DNA of 64,000 bases from Elusimicrobiota bacterium (GCA_043827405.1 JBDRPD010000105.1:32001-96000); one strand, 5' to 3'. Numbered from the stretch's first letter, positions 46,419 through 55,616 are shown. The notes: a model not told the origin generated them from the letters alone. Made by a program: numbers and translations.

Positions 46419-48020
46419 TTACTCTTCCCATTTAATAAACGGCTGCTTGATGTCAACCATGGCGTTTACGATGAGCTCGACGAGGCCGCCATAGATGATG
46501 TTGGAGCGCTCCTTACACTTATAGTACTCCAGGATGTCGCGGAACTGACCCTTGCAGTTTGAGCAGGGCGCGCAGATATACTTCTTGACCTCGGGCCCCG
46601 GCTGGTCGCTGAAGGCTCCGAGCACCTGTTTGAGCTTCTTCCTGCCGCCGACGGCAATGCGCCAGTTCGCGAAGTTGTTGCCGCTCATGATCGCGAAGCC
46701 GCTGCCGCCGCCGCAGCAGTAGTTCTCGACGCCATGCGGCGTCATCTCGCGAAACTGCGGGCAGAGGTAGCGCAGGATGCGCCGCTGCGGCTCGACGATT
46801 CCCAGGTTGCGGGTGATATTGCAGGGATCATGCAGCGTCACCGGGAAATCGTTCTTCTTGGGGTCGAACTTGATCTTGCCGCTGAAGACGATCTTTTCGA
46901 GCAGCGGCAGACAGCTCTCCCGGTTGACGTTCATGTCGCCGACGAGGATGCGGTCGGCGATAGTCATCATGGCCTTGTGCTGGTGACCGCACTCGCCCAT
47001 GACGACCTTCTTGACCTTCAGCTTCTTGGCCGTGCCCATATGCTTGAGGGCGATGCGTGCCAGCTGCATGTCGTCGTAGAACAGCCCGTAGTTCACGCCG
47101 TCGTAGGACGGCTCAGCGGAAGAGAGCGTCCAGTCGATGCCGGCGGCGTTGAGGATGATGGCGAAGGCCGCAGGGTTCTCCGGCCAGGCCATAATCTCGC
47201 CCGCGTTATGGATCAGGAGCACCTCGGCCCCTTCCTTGTCCCACGTGGTTTTGGCGTCGAGCCCGCTCTCTTCCGAGAAGTCCTCATCGACGAACTCGAT
47301 ATTATCCTTGACCACCATGGGCGTCATGCCCGTCGACGAGCCGACCTCGAGCTGCTGTACCGTCCCCTTTTCATGCAGCTCCTTGGGCGCCCAGCCGAGC
47401 TCCTGGCTGAAGAGCTTGCGCAGCTCATGGTTGATGAGGCCGTTGTCGACGCCCATCGGGCAGGCTTGGGCGCAGCGCCGGCACATGGTGCAGCGGTAGG
47501 CGAGCTCGTAGAGGCGGGTGATGGTCGTCCAGTTGAGGTCGATGTCGCCGTGCTTGAACTTGGCCAGCCATTGCGGCCCGTCCTTGACGTACTTGTTGAC
47601 CAGGCGCCTCCACACCTCGGAGCGAAACGTCGGCCGGTAGAGGTCGTTGTTGCCGCTCTCCTCGTAGACGGGGCAGGCGTCATTGCAGGTCTGACATTTC
47701 GCGCAGTACTCCAACGAGAGCGTCAGGGGCTGCTGAAACGTCCAATTGTTTTCCTTGCTGAGGAGTTTCCCCAGGCCGCTGCGAAACTTCTCAACCATCT
47801 CCTGCTTCTCTTCCTCGCTTTTGGGCTGCGGCAGGCTGCAGGCAACCACGCCGTCCAGGTTGCAGACGATACTCTCTTTTGTTTCAGGCTTGATCTCCTT
47901 CCAGACCGGCTCGTCCTTGTCATAGGGCGGCGGCAGCGGGATCAGGTCCTGCATGCTGACGCTGGTCAACGGCGCGGAGCCGTTCTTGCCGAAATCTTCT
48001 ACTCTAAGAGCTTTAGGCAT
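46419..48020 (-). CDS. DsrK/HdrD-like Fe-S oxidoreductase (second paralog)
   Basis: CAKCQTCNDACP, CTMCRRCAQACP, GECGH, HDPCN, CCGGG, PCSNC. Confidence 0.85.
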   Translation of the reverse strand: MPKALRVEDFGKNGSAPLTSVSMQDLIPLPPPYDKDEPVWKEIKPETKESIVCNLDGVVACSLPQPKSEEEKQEMVEKFRSGLGKLLSKENNWTFQQPLTLSLEYCAKCQTCNDACPVYEESGNNDLYRPTFRSEVWRRLVNKYVKDGPQWLAKFKHGDIDLNWTTITRLYELAYRCTMCRRCAQACPMGVDNGLINHELRKLFSQELGWAPKELHEKGTVQQLEVGSSTGMTPMVVKDNIEFVDEDFSEESGLDAKTTWDKEGAEVLLIHNAGEIMAWPENPAAFAIILNAAGIDWTLSSAEPSYDGVNYGLFYDDMQLARIALKHMGTAKKLKVKKVVMGECGHQHKAMMTIADRILVGDMNVNRESCLPLLEKIVFSGKIKFDPKKNDFPVTLHDPCNITRNLGIVEPQRRILRYLCPQFREMTPHGVENYCCGGGSGFAIMSGNNFANWRIAVGGRKKLKQVLGAFSDQPGPEVKKYICAPCSNCKGQFRDILEYYKCKERSNIIYGGLVELIVNAMVDIKQPFIKWEE

Positions 48021-48900
48021 TCTTCGTCTCCTCCTTCTTCGGCATGTCCGACGTCGCGATGTCGACCCAGTTCTTCTTGCCGTCGGCGCCCAGATGCGGC
48101 GCCGACCAGGTCACGGTCTGTCCCAGCAGCTGCTTGACCTCTTCCTCCATCGCCGGATTCATGGGCTCGTCGTTCCAGCGAATCTCATGGTAGAAGAAGT
48201 ATTTGGCCAGGAAGTGCATCATGTAGGAAAACGGCAGGTAGAGCAGGAAGAACATCCCCGCCGCGATATGCGCCGCGATCGCGCCGCTGACCGCCATCCC
48301 GGTGTTCCCGGAGAAGAAGGCCTTGATAAATCCCGTCATCTCGGCGGTGAAGCTGGTCGTAAAAACGGCGTAAGCTCCGGAAACGAATACCGCCGCCAGC
48401 ACCAGCAGGTTGAAAAAAGACGCCGGCGTGGCGAAAGGCTTAAGCTTGGGGTCGAGCAGGCGTTTCAGGAAGAGCCCCACGGTTCCGATCGCGCCCAGGA
48501 TATAGCCCGCCGTTCCCAGCAGCAGCGCCAGGCGTTCGGCCGGCGGGAAGGCAAAAGCCGCGAGAAGCAGTGCGCCGGTCATGGCGGTCAGCAGGTAGAG
48601 CCCGAAATGGAACGGGAAGGAGAATATCCACAGCGGGCGGTTATGCTCCCAGACGCCTTTCAGGAAAACGATTTCCTTGAACATGTAGAGGCCTTCGCTG
48701 AGCAGCGATTTTTCGCGCGGCTTGGTCCACCACTCAAACTCCTCCAGGTAGGATCCGCCGTAATGGGCCTTGCCGGCCTCATGCGGTACCGGAGCGAGCT
48801 CCCAGCGCAGGTGCATCGGCATCATCTTGATGCTTAGACCGCGATATACGAAACCGATCGCGAAGACGGCTGTTGCGATGTAGCAGAATATAAGCAGCAT
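48013..48900 (-). CDS. DsrM/NarI-like membrane cytochrome b
   Basis: PMHLRWELAPVPHE, FPFHFGLY, LPFSYMMHF. Confidence 0.8.
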   Translation of the reverse strand: MLLIFCYIATAVFAIGFVYRGLSIKMMPMHLRWELAPVPHEAGKAHYGGSYLEEFEWWTKPREKSLLSEGLYMFKEIVFLKGVWEHNRPLWIFSFPFHFGLYLLTAMTGALLLAAFAFPPAERLALLLGTAGYILGAIGTVGLFLKRLLDPKLKPFATPASFFNLLVLAAVFVSGAYAVFTTSFTAEMTGFIKAFFSGNTGMAVSGAIAAHIAAGMFFLLYLPFSYMMHFLAKYFFYHEIRWNDEPMNPAMEEEVKQLLGQTVTWSAPHLGADGKKNWVDIATSDMPKKEETKNA

Positions 48901-49416
48901 CTACCCTTCCTCCTCTTTCTTGCTGTCTAGTTTGTCCAGGAACGCCCGTACTTCCTTGCTTATGTCGTCGAGGCCTGAGCGGCCGTAAACGATGCCCTTG
49001 ATGTCCTCGGTGCACTGTGAGCCGAAACGATAGACGACGCAGCTGCGGCATTCATTGCCCTTGGGGCTGCAGTTTCCGCCCTTAATCATCCAGCAAGGCT
49101 TCGAGCTGCCCTTATAGGCCGCACACGCCCCACGTCTCTTCTTGCTGCATTCGGCGACTTCCCAGCAAGGCAGGAGAGCCTGCAGCCGACGAATGCCCTC
49201 CATGTTCAGCCCCAGTTCCTGAATCATGTGGCGGATGATTTTGATGCGGTCCATGTCCTCATGCGAGAACAGGCGGTTTCCGGTGGGCGTGCGATAGGGG
49301 ATGAGTAGTCCTTCGGCCTCGTATTTGCGGATGGCGGAGACCGATAGGCCGGTTTTCGCGGCCAGCGTTCCTATGGATATAACCGGATCGGTGAGTGTAT
49401 TGCGCGGCTTTCCCAT
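48901..49416 (-). CDS. MerR-family regulator with Cys-rich two-CW-like domain (paralog of 42929-43459)
   Basis: SIGTLAAKTGLSVSAIRKYEAEGLL; LLPCWEVAEC...PCWMIKGGNCSPKGNECRSCVVY. Confidence 0.85.
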   Translation of the reverse strand: MGKPRNTLTDPVISIGTLAAKTGLSVSAIRKYEAEGLLIPYRTPTGNRLFSHEDMDRIKIIRHMIQELGLNMEGIRRLQALLPCWEVAECSKKRRGACAAYKGSSKPCWMIKGGNCSPKGNECRSCVVYRFGSQCTEDIKGIVYGRSGLDDISKEVRAFLDKLDSKKEEEG

Positions 49417-49431
49417 CCCGCCCTCGGTACC

Positions 49432-49471
49432 CTATACTAAATAGTATAGATAATCTGCACTATGAAATCAA
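49432..49471 (-). promoter_or_regulatory. Putative promoter of the merR paralog with a palindrome over the -10
   Basis: Minus strand TTGATT-17-TATACT; CTATACTA-aa-TAGTATAG at 49432-49449. Confidence 0.5.
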
Positions 49472-49491
49472 TAATGCGATCTCGGTGAGAG

Positions 49492-50349
49492 CTAGTTTTT
49501 GGAGGGAGGAAGCTTCTTTTTCTTCAGCGCTTCGTTCTTCTTGTCGAGCTCTTCTTTTTTCTTTTCCATGACCTCGCCTTTGACCGAGAGAGTCTTCTCT
49601 CCGAATAGGGCGAAGCGCAGCCAGCGGTAGCCGAGGCGCAGGAGCGCCATGTCGTCGGTCCGCACCTTTTCCTGGGTTTCGACATCGATCTCGAACTTGT
49701 CGAGAAAGCTGCTATTGAAGACGAACTCGCGGAACTTGTCGAGGTGATAGCAGGCCATAAAGAACATCTCAACCTTGCGGGGATCGAGGTTCTGGCCTTC
49801 CAGGAAAAACTTGTGGAGGGTGAGATCTTTGAATTCCTCCCCCATGTCGTTGTATTCGCGGATGCCTTGGTCTTCGACCCAGCTGCCGACGGTCTGCTCT
49901 TTCTTTTCGCAGTGTCCTTTGCAGACCCCTTCGTTTAAGAGGAAATAGAACTCATCGTCGAGCTCCTTATTCCCTTCTTTAGGGGAGGCGAGGCCCAGCG
50001 GATACATCCGGCATGCCCACGGCCGGTCTTGGTAGATGCCGCAGCCCTGCTCGCCGACAAAGTGGCAGGATTTCTTCTCGTTGTCCTGCATCTGGAGTTG
50101 GACGATGGGGTACTTGATCTTCTCGTCGAACGGCATAATGGTGTACTTCTTGAGGAACTCGCCCGACGTCATCTTGAGCGCCTGCTTCATGCGCAGGATG
50201 TCGTAAGGAGTGAGAAAAATGTTGACGTCGGCGCAGCAGGCGTTGAAGCAGGAGACGCCGGGGTGGCAGGAGAAGGTGAACTTGCTGTCCTTGTCGAGCC
50301 GGGGATACTCTTTGAGTATCTCTTCCTTTAGTTTGCGGATAGCTTCCAT
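49492..50349 (-). CDS. YkgJ-family cysteine-cluster protein
   Basis: FSCHPGVSCFNACCAD, CHF...GCGIYQDRPWACRMYP. Confidence 0.85.
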   Translation of the reverse strand: MEAIRKLKEEILKEYPRLDKDSKFTFSCHPGVSCFNACCADVNIFLTPYDILRMKQALKMTSGEFLKKYTIMPFDEKIKYPIVQLQMQDNEKKSCHFVGEQGCGIYQDRPWACRMYPLGLASPKEGNKELDDEFYFLLNEGVCKGHCEKKEQTVGSWVEDQGIREYNDMGEEFKDLTLHKFFLEGQNLDPRKVEMFFMACYHLDKFREFVFNSSFLDKFEIDVETQEKVRTDDMALLRLGYRWLRFALFGEKTLSVKGEVMEKKKEELDKKNEALKKKKLPPSKN

Positions 50350-50361
50350 GCCTTTCCCCCC

Positions 50362-50643
50362 TTAGTCCTGCTTTACAATGCCGTCCTTGAGCGCGGCGGC
50401 AGACCATACCGGCAGCGGACCTTGTTCGCCGGTTTCGGGGTCATGCCGGTGGCGGTACGATACTTTATGCCGGAACTTCTCCCACATCCATTTCCAGCCC
50501 CCCACAAAGTAGGGGCATGCATCGTTAAAGCAGACGTATTGGTACTCCCCCCAGGATACGCCGTCGGGAGACGCCCATTTGTCCAGCTGCTTGTCGCAGT
50601 GCGGACACTGCGGGATCGTTTCTGCCATATTGTCCTTTGACAA
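50362..50643 (-). CDS. Small zinc-ribbon-like protein
   Basis: CPHC...VCFNDACPYF; start at TTG 50643 or ATG 50628. Confidence 0.7.
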   Translation of the reverse strand: MSKDNMAETIPQCPHCDKQLDKWASPDGVSWGEYQYVCFNDACPYFVGGWKWMWEKFRHKVSYRHRHDPETGEQGPLPVWSAAALKDGIVKQD

Positions 50644-50646
50644 CAG

Positions 50647-50677
50647 GTCCTCCAGGCGCGAGATGCGCCTGGAGGAC
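50647..50677 (-). terminator. Stem-loop after aprA overlapping the next RBS
   Basis: GTCCTCCAGGCGC-5 nt-GCGCCTGGAGGAC. Confidence 0.5.
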
Positions 50678-50707
50678 TTTTGTTGTCTATCTAGGTGTCT
50701 TCTTTAA

Positions 50708-52576
50708 TCAGACGATCGAATGGATCGGACGCTTGTCCATCTTCCACTCATTCTTCGCGGGCTCATAGGTGCAGTTCGCGAACACCTTCCAGTCCTCCTT
50801 CATCTCCGGAAGGTCGGAGCGGAAGTAGTAGCCCGGCCACCGTGTCTCCTCGCGGAACAGGATGGTCCGCATATGGGACTCAGCCTGCCAGCTGCGATGG
50901 ATGTTCTCCCACGCCCGCATCAGCTCATGCAGGTTCTCGGCGGCGAGATTATCAGAATCCTCGTGGAGGACCTTGAGAAGCTCGAGCCCCTTGGTGAGGA
51001 GCTTTTCGCTGGTGGTGAAGTTCGTGGAGACGCCTCCGGCGTACTCGTCCATCAGCTTCTGCAGCCGGAACAAGTACTGCTTCGGGCGGATGTAGCTCGG
51101 GTTGACGTCCGGGTCGGTGGTGTCGTTCTTATGCTTCTCCATGATGTCGAGGGGCCTCAGGATGCGCTCCCTAAGCTTCTCGATCACGGCCGCGTCGACC
51201 TCGATCAGGTCGGGATTCTCCTTCGCGTACTTGACCATCGCCTTGCCGGCGATGCGGCCCTCGGTGAAAGAGCCGGAGGAGAACTTGTGGCTGGATGCGC
51301 CGGAAGCGTCGCCGGCGGCGAACAAGCCCTTTACGGTCGTCATGTTGGTGTAGCCCCAGAAGTAGTCCTTGTGCGCGAGGTCTTCCGGACCGCTGACCCA
51401 GGCGCCGGATGCGCCGGAATGCGAGCCGATGAAGTAGGGCTCGCACGCCGCGATCTCGGACGGGGTCGTTTCCGGCATGGTGTCCGTGGCCGCCCACAGG
51501 ATGGCCTGTGAGATGGTCATGTCGAGGAAGTCTTCCCACGCCTCGGACTCGAGCTCCTTGAGCTTCTTCTTCTGCTCCTTGGGGTCAGGGATGGCCTTGT
51601 AGATGTTCTGGATGGCCTCTTCGGTCCGCATGTAGATCGGACCCTTGCCGTCCATGACGTCGAGCATCATGAGCCAGTTGCGCAGGTTCGCCGGGACCGG
51701 CTTGACCTTGCCGTAGGGCTGCCACTTGTCGAGCTCGGCGGCGTTGGTCTGCATGTAGTTCTCGCCGGCGGCATTTGTTGCTCTTGCCTTGAACAGCAGG
51801 AACCAGGCGCCGACCGGGCCGTACGCGTCCTTGAAGCGGACCGGGATAAACCGCACTTCCTGGCAGGTCATCTCAGCGCCGGCCTTCAGGGTGAAGTAGG
51901 TGCTGGCGCCGGAGTTGAACGGCGGGTACCAGGAGCGTCCCAGACCCTCGCCGCCGGAGCGCGGCTTGAACACGTGCACTGCGCCGCCCATGTTGCAGAG
52001 AACCGCCTTCGCCTTGAAGACGTAGAACTTGTTCTCGCGGGTGCTGAAGCCGACCGCGCCCACGCAGCGGCCGTCCTTGATCAGGGGCTCGACGGTGAAC
52101 ACGCGCTCGTAGATGTTCTCGGTACCGAGCGCGTTCTTCGCGACCTCGGCGACGATGACCTTGTAGGACTCGCCGTTGATCATCAGCTGCCACCGGCCTT
52201 CGTGAACGTAGCCGCCCTTGTCATCCTTCCAGATGGGGAGGCCCCATTTCTCGAACAGGTGAACCGAGGAGTCAACGTGGCGGGCGATGCTCGCCACCAG
52301 GTCTTCGCGGGTCACGCCCATAAGGTCGTTGCGCACGTACTCGATGTAGTCCTTAAGGGTGTTCTTTCCGTCTTTGACGCCTACGTATTGGTTGATGGCT
52401 GAGAGGCCCATGGCCACGGCGCCGGAACGATCCATCGCCGCTTTGTCGACCAGGACGACTTTCAGCCCGTGCTTCTTGGCCCAGTAAGCGGTTTCCACGG
52501 CCGCGCCGCAGCCCGCCATACCACCGCCAAGAATCAGGATGTCACTTTTTACTTCGACTGTTTCAAAGTTCGCCAT
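50708..52576 (-). CDS. aprA: Adenylylsulfate reductase alpha subunit
   Basis: RSGAVAMGLSAINQY, WQLMINGESYK, PVRFKDAYGPVGAWF, HKFSSGS. Confidence 0.98.
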   Translation of the reverse strand: MANFETVEVKSDILILGGGMAGCGAAVETAYWAKKHGLKVVLVDKAAMDRSGAVAMGLSAINQYVGVKDGKNTLKDYIEYVRNDLMGVTREDLVASIARHVDSSVHLFEKWGLPIWKDDKGGYVHEGRWQLMINGESYKVIVAEVAKNALGTENIYERVFTVEPLIKDGRCVGAVGFSTRENKFYVFKAKAVLCNMGGAVHVFKPRSGGEGLGRSWYPPFNSGASTYFTLKAGAEMTCQEVRFIPVRFKDAYGPVGAWFLLFKARATNAAGENYMQTNAAELDKWQPYGKVKPVPANLRNWLMMLDVMDGKGPIYMRTEEAIQNIYKAIPDPKEQKKKLKELESEAWEDFLDMTISQAILWAATDTMPETTPSEIAACEPYFIGSHSGASGAWVSGPEDLAHKDYFWGYTNMTTVKGLFAAGDASGASSHKFSSGSFTEGRIAGKAMVKYAKENPDLIEVDAAVIEKLRERILRPLDIMEKHKNDTTDPDVNPSYIRPKQYLFRLQKLMDEYAGGVSTNFTTSEKLLTKGLELLKVLHEDSDNLAAENLHELMRAWENIHRSWQAESHMRTILFREETRWPGYYFRSDLPEMKEDWKVFANCTYEPAKNEWKMDKRPIHSIV

Positions 52577-52616
52577 TATATATTAGCTCCTTGTCTCGTT
52601 TCCCTGTGGTAGCGGC

Positions 52617-53069
52617 TCAAGCAGCCACGCCCGCTTCGACTTCGGGCAGCTTGTCCATGCCGCAAGACTCCGGCTCGGTGAACAGCAGCTGGCTGTTGAG
52701 GTCGTCGGTCGACTTGAAGCCGCCGTCCGGTACTGCGGACCCCTCAGGGGTGGTCCGGATCGGGAACTTGAAGCGCTTGATCGTGCCGCCGCGGAATTTG
52801 ACCGTCCACATGATCGCGTCCGAGCTGCGCATCGGCGTTACGCTGCCGCCCATCGGGACGAAGTCCTGGTAGCCGCGGACTTCGATCGCCTGAACCGGGC
52901 AGATCTTGACGCAGCACATGCACTCCCAGCACATCTGGGGATCCTGGTTGTAAGCCTTGCTGATTTCCTTATTAAGGACCATTAAGTCGTTAGGGCAGAT
53001 ATGCTGGCAGGCGGTCTTGTCCAGCGCCTTGCACCCGTCGCACTTGTCCTTGATTACATAACTCGGCAT
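52617..53069 (-). CDS. aprB: Adenylylsulfate reductase beta subunit
   Basis: CDGCKALDKTACQHICP, CWECMCCVKICP, RFKFPIRTT. Confidence 0.98.
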   Translation of the reverse strand: MPSYVIKDKCDGCKALDKTACQHICPNDLMVLNKEISKAYNQDPQMCWECMCCVKICPVQAIEVRGYQDFVPMGGSVTPMRSSDAIMWTVKFRGGTIKRFKFPIRTTPEGSAVPDGGFKSTDDLNSQLLFTEPESCGMDKLPEVEAGVAA

Positions 53070-53275
53070 GAGACTCCTCCTTTGAGTTCTTGGTTGCGTC
53101 TGTCCCGTCGCGCGGTGCCGGTCTTATGACCGAGCAGCTTGCCGACTCGGGTACGTCATGCTATTCCTTGTGCGGCTGAGGGAGCCTCGCGGCCGCTCCC
53201 TTCGTGGTTTGCTTAAAAACGTGAGACTTTCGATCTCTGACAGGTACATTTTCGCATTCTGCCGGGAGGGCTCTA

Positions 53276-53316
53276 TTGATCTTGGTCAATAAACTTTCTT
53301 GACCGTAATCATGAAA
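53276..53316 (-). promoter_or_regulatory. Tandem Crp/Fnr-type operator in the aprB/sulP divergent region
   Basis: Minus strand TTTC-ATGAT-TACG-GTCAA-N9-TTGAC-CAAG-ATCAA, same architecture as upstream of dsrA. Confidence 0.65.
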
Positions 53317-53369
53317 TCTTGATTTTTTTGGGACCTAGAATCAGGAAATGATAAGATTCTGGCGTCTCC

Positions 53370-55616
53370 ATGCCCGGTAAACCTGCAAACGGCCGTTGGA
53401 GGAAAACCTCGCTTTTCCTCCATCTTACCCCGCTCGGCGGCAGCGTCAGGCGGGTTTTCCCCTTCCTCGGCTGGTTTCGCGGCTATTCTTTGTCCAAGCT
53501 GCGGTCCGACTTTTTCTCCGGCATTACGGTGGCGCTGGTTCTGATTCCCCAGTCCATGGCCTATGCCCAGCTGGCCGGACTGCCTCCTCATTACGGGCTC
53601 TTCGCCGCCTTCCTGCCGCCAATGGTCGCTTCGCTGTTCGGCTCCAGCCGGCAGCTGGCCACCGGACCGGTCGCGGTGGTCTCGCTGATGACCGCGACCG
53701 CTCTCGAGCCTTTCGCCACCGCCGGCAGCGAATCCTTCATCGCCTACGCGATGCTCCTCGCGCTGCTGGTCGGGGCGTTCCAGTTCTCTCTCGGCGTTCT
53801 GCGTCTGGGCCTGGTGGTTAACTTCCTGTCGCATCCGGTGGTCAACGGCTTTACCAACGCCGCCGCCTTGATCATCGCCTCTTCTCAGCTCTCGAAGCTG
53901 TTCGGCGTCTACGTCGACAAGGCGGACCACCATTACGAGACCATCATCAATGTCTTCCGGGCGGCGCTGGAATATACCCACTGGCCGACCCTCGCTCTTG
54001 CGGTGCTCGCCTTCATGATCCTGTGGGGCCTCAAGCGGCTGAATCCCAAAATTCCCAATGTGCTGGTCTGCGTCGTCGTCACTACCGTCATCGCGAAGGT
54101 CATCGGCTTTGAGCAGAACCATACGGCGCCGCTTGACGCGATCAGAGTGCCGGAAGTCCGGCAGCGGGTCAGGAAGTTTAACCAGGCCTTGGCCGACTTC
54201 GAGCGGCTCAGCGCCGAACGGATCGAGCTTGTCGCGAAAAGCAAGGAGCAGGAGAAGAAGCATGCGCTGGGCCATGCGGATGTTTTGACGCTCCAGCATG
54301 AGATCAGTCTCCACCATCTGGCGATCAAGGAGCTGAAGGATGAGATATTTTTCGATCGCGCCTATCTCCGTTCTGTCCATTTAGCGGCGGTCGGAGATGG
54401 CGACGACGGCCGAAGATTCTATTTTGTGGGACGGCTTTCCCCCAAGCCGCGTGACGAGATTCGGCACTGGCGCATCAAGGTCGGGAACGAGCCGATAGAC
54501 GAGAAAATGGTCAAATTTACCGGCGGCGGCGCGGTGGTCGGAGTCATCCCGCGGGGACTGCCCCGGTTCAAGACGCCGAAGATCGATCTGGCGATGATCT
54601 TCAGCCTCCTGCCTATGGCCGTCATCATTTCTTTGCTCGGCTTCATGGAGGCGATCTCCATCGCCAAGGCGATGGCCGCCAAGAGCGGTCAGCGTCTGGA
54701 CCCCAACCAGGAGCTGATCGGCCAGGGTTTGGCCAATATCGCCGGCTCGTTCGGCCAAAGCTATCCGGTGAGCGGTTCTTTTTCCCGTTCCGCGGTCAAC
54801 TTTCAGGCCGGCGCGGTCAGCGGGCTCTCCAACGTGTTCAGCGCCGGTCTGGTGGTAGTTACGCTGCTGTTTTTTACCCCGCTGCTCTATCATCTGCCGC
54901 AAGCCGTTCTGGCGGCCATCATTATGATGGCGGTGATCGGCCTTATTAATATCCGCGGCTTCATTCATGCTTGGCAGGCGCAGAAGCATGACGGGATCGT
55001 CGTGCTGATTACCTTCATCGCGACTTTGGCTTTCGCGCCGCATTTGGACCGCGGCATCTTTATCGGGGTGGCCTTGTCGGTTGCCTTCTATCTTTATCGG
55101 ACCATGAAGCCCGATATCGCGATCCTGTCCAAGTACTCGGATGGCGCCTATCGCGCATCAAGCCGTTTTAATTTGGAGCGCTGCAAGTATATCGCCGTGA
55201 TTCGCTGCAACAGTTCTCTGTTTTTCGCCAACGTAAACTATCTCGAGGAGGAGATCCTTGACCGGGTCGCGAGCATGCCCCGGCTTAAGCATGTGCACAT
55301 CGTGGGCAACGGCATCAATGAGCTCGACGCCTCGGGCGAGGGCCTCCTGTCGATGATAGTCGACCGCATGCGCGAGGCCGGTTTCGGCCTATCCCTCTCC
55401 GGGCTCAACGACGGGGTGCTTGACGTCATGCGGCGCACCGGGCTGTATGAGAAGATCGGGGAGGAGAACCTTTATCGCAGCGTCACCTTCACCCTGGAAA
55501 ACATTTATCGGAGATGCCATGACGGTTCCGACGAAGAGTCATGTCCGCTGGTGAATGTGGTATTCAAGGGTCTGCCGGTCTCGAGCGGGAAGAAGAAATC
55601 CAAGCGTGAGGATTAG
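53370..55616 (+). CDS. sulP: SulP-family sulfate permease with STAS domain
   Basis: IPQSMAYAQLAGLP, GSSRQLATGP, SGSFSRSAVN, C-terminal LFFANV...LDASG. Confidence 0.92.
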   Translation: MPGKPANGRWRKTSLFLHLTPLGGSVRRVFPFLGWFRGYSLSKLRSDFFSGITVALVLIPQSMAYAQLAGLPPHYGLFAAFLPPMVASLFGSSRQLATGPVAVVSLMTATALEPFATAGSESFIAYAMLLALLVGAFQFSLGVLRLGLVVNFLSHPVVNGFTNAAALIIASSQLSKLFGVYVDKADHHYETIINVFRAALEYTHWPTLALAVLAFMILWGLKRLNPKIPNVLVCVVVTTVIAKVIGFEQNHTAPLDAIRVPEVRQRVRKFNQALADFERLSAERIELVAKSKEQEKKHALGHADVLTLQHEISLHHLAIKELKDEIFFDRAYLRSVHLAAVGDGDDGRRFYFVGRLSPKPRDEIRHWRIKVGNEPIDEKMVKFTGGGAVVGVIPRGLPRFKTPKIDLAMIFSLLPMAVIISLLGFMEAISIAKAMAAKSGQRLDPNQELIGQGLANIAGSFGQSYPVSGSFSRSAVNFQAGAVSGLSNVFSAGLVVVTLLFFTPLLYHLPQAVLAAIIMMAVIGLINIRGFIHAWQAQKHDGIVVLITFIATLAFAPHLDRGIFIGVALSVAFYLYRTMKPDIAILSKYSDGAYRASSRFNLERCKYIAVIRCNSSLFFANVNYLEEEILDRVASMPRLKHVHIVGNGINELDASGEGLLSMIVDRMREAGFGLSLSGLNDGVLDVMRRTGLYEKIGEENLYRSVTFTLENIYRRCHDGSDEESCPLVNVVFKGLPVSSGKKKSKRED

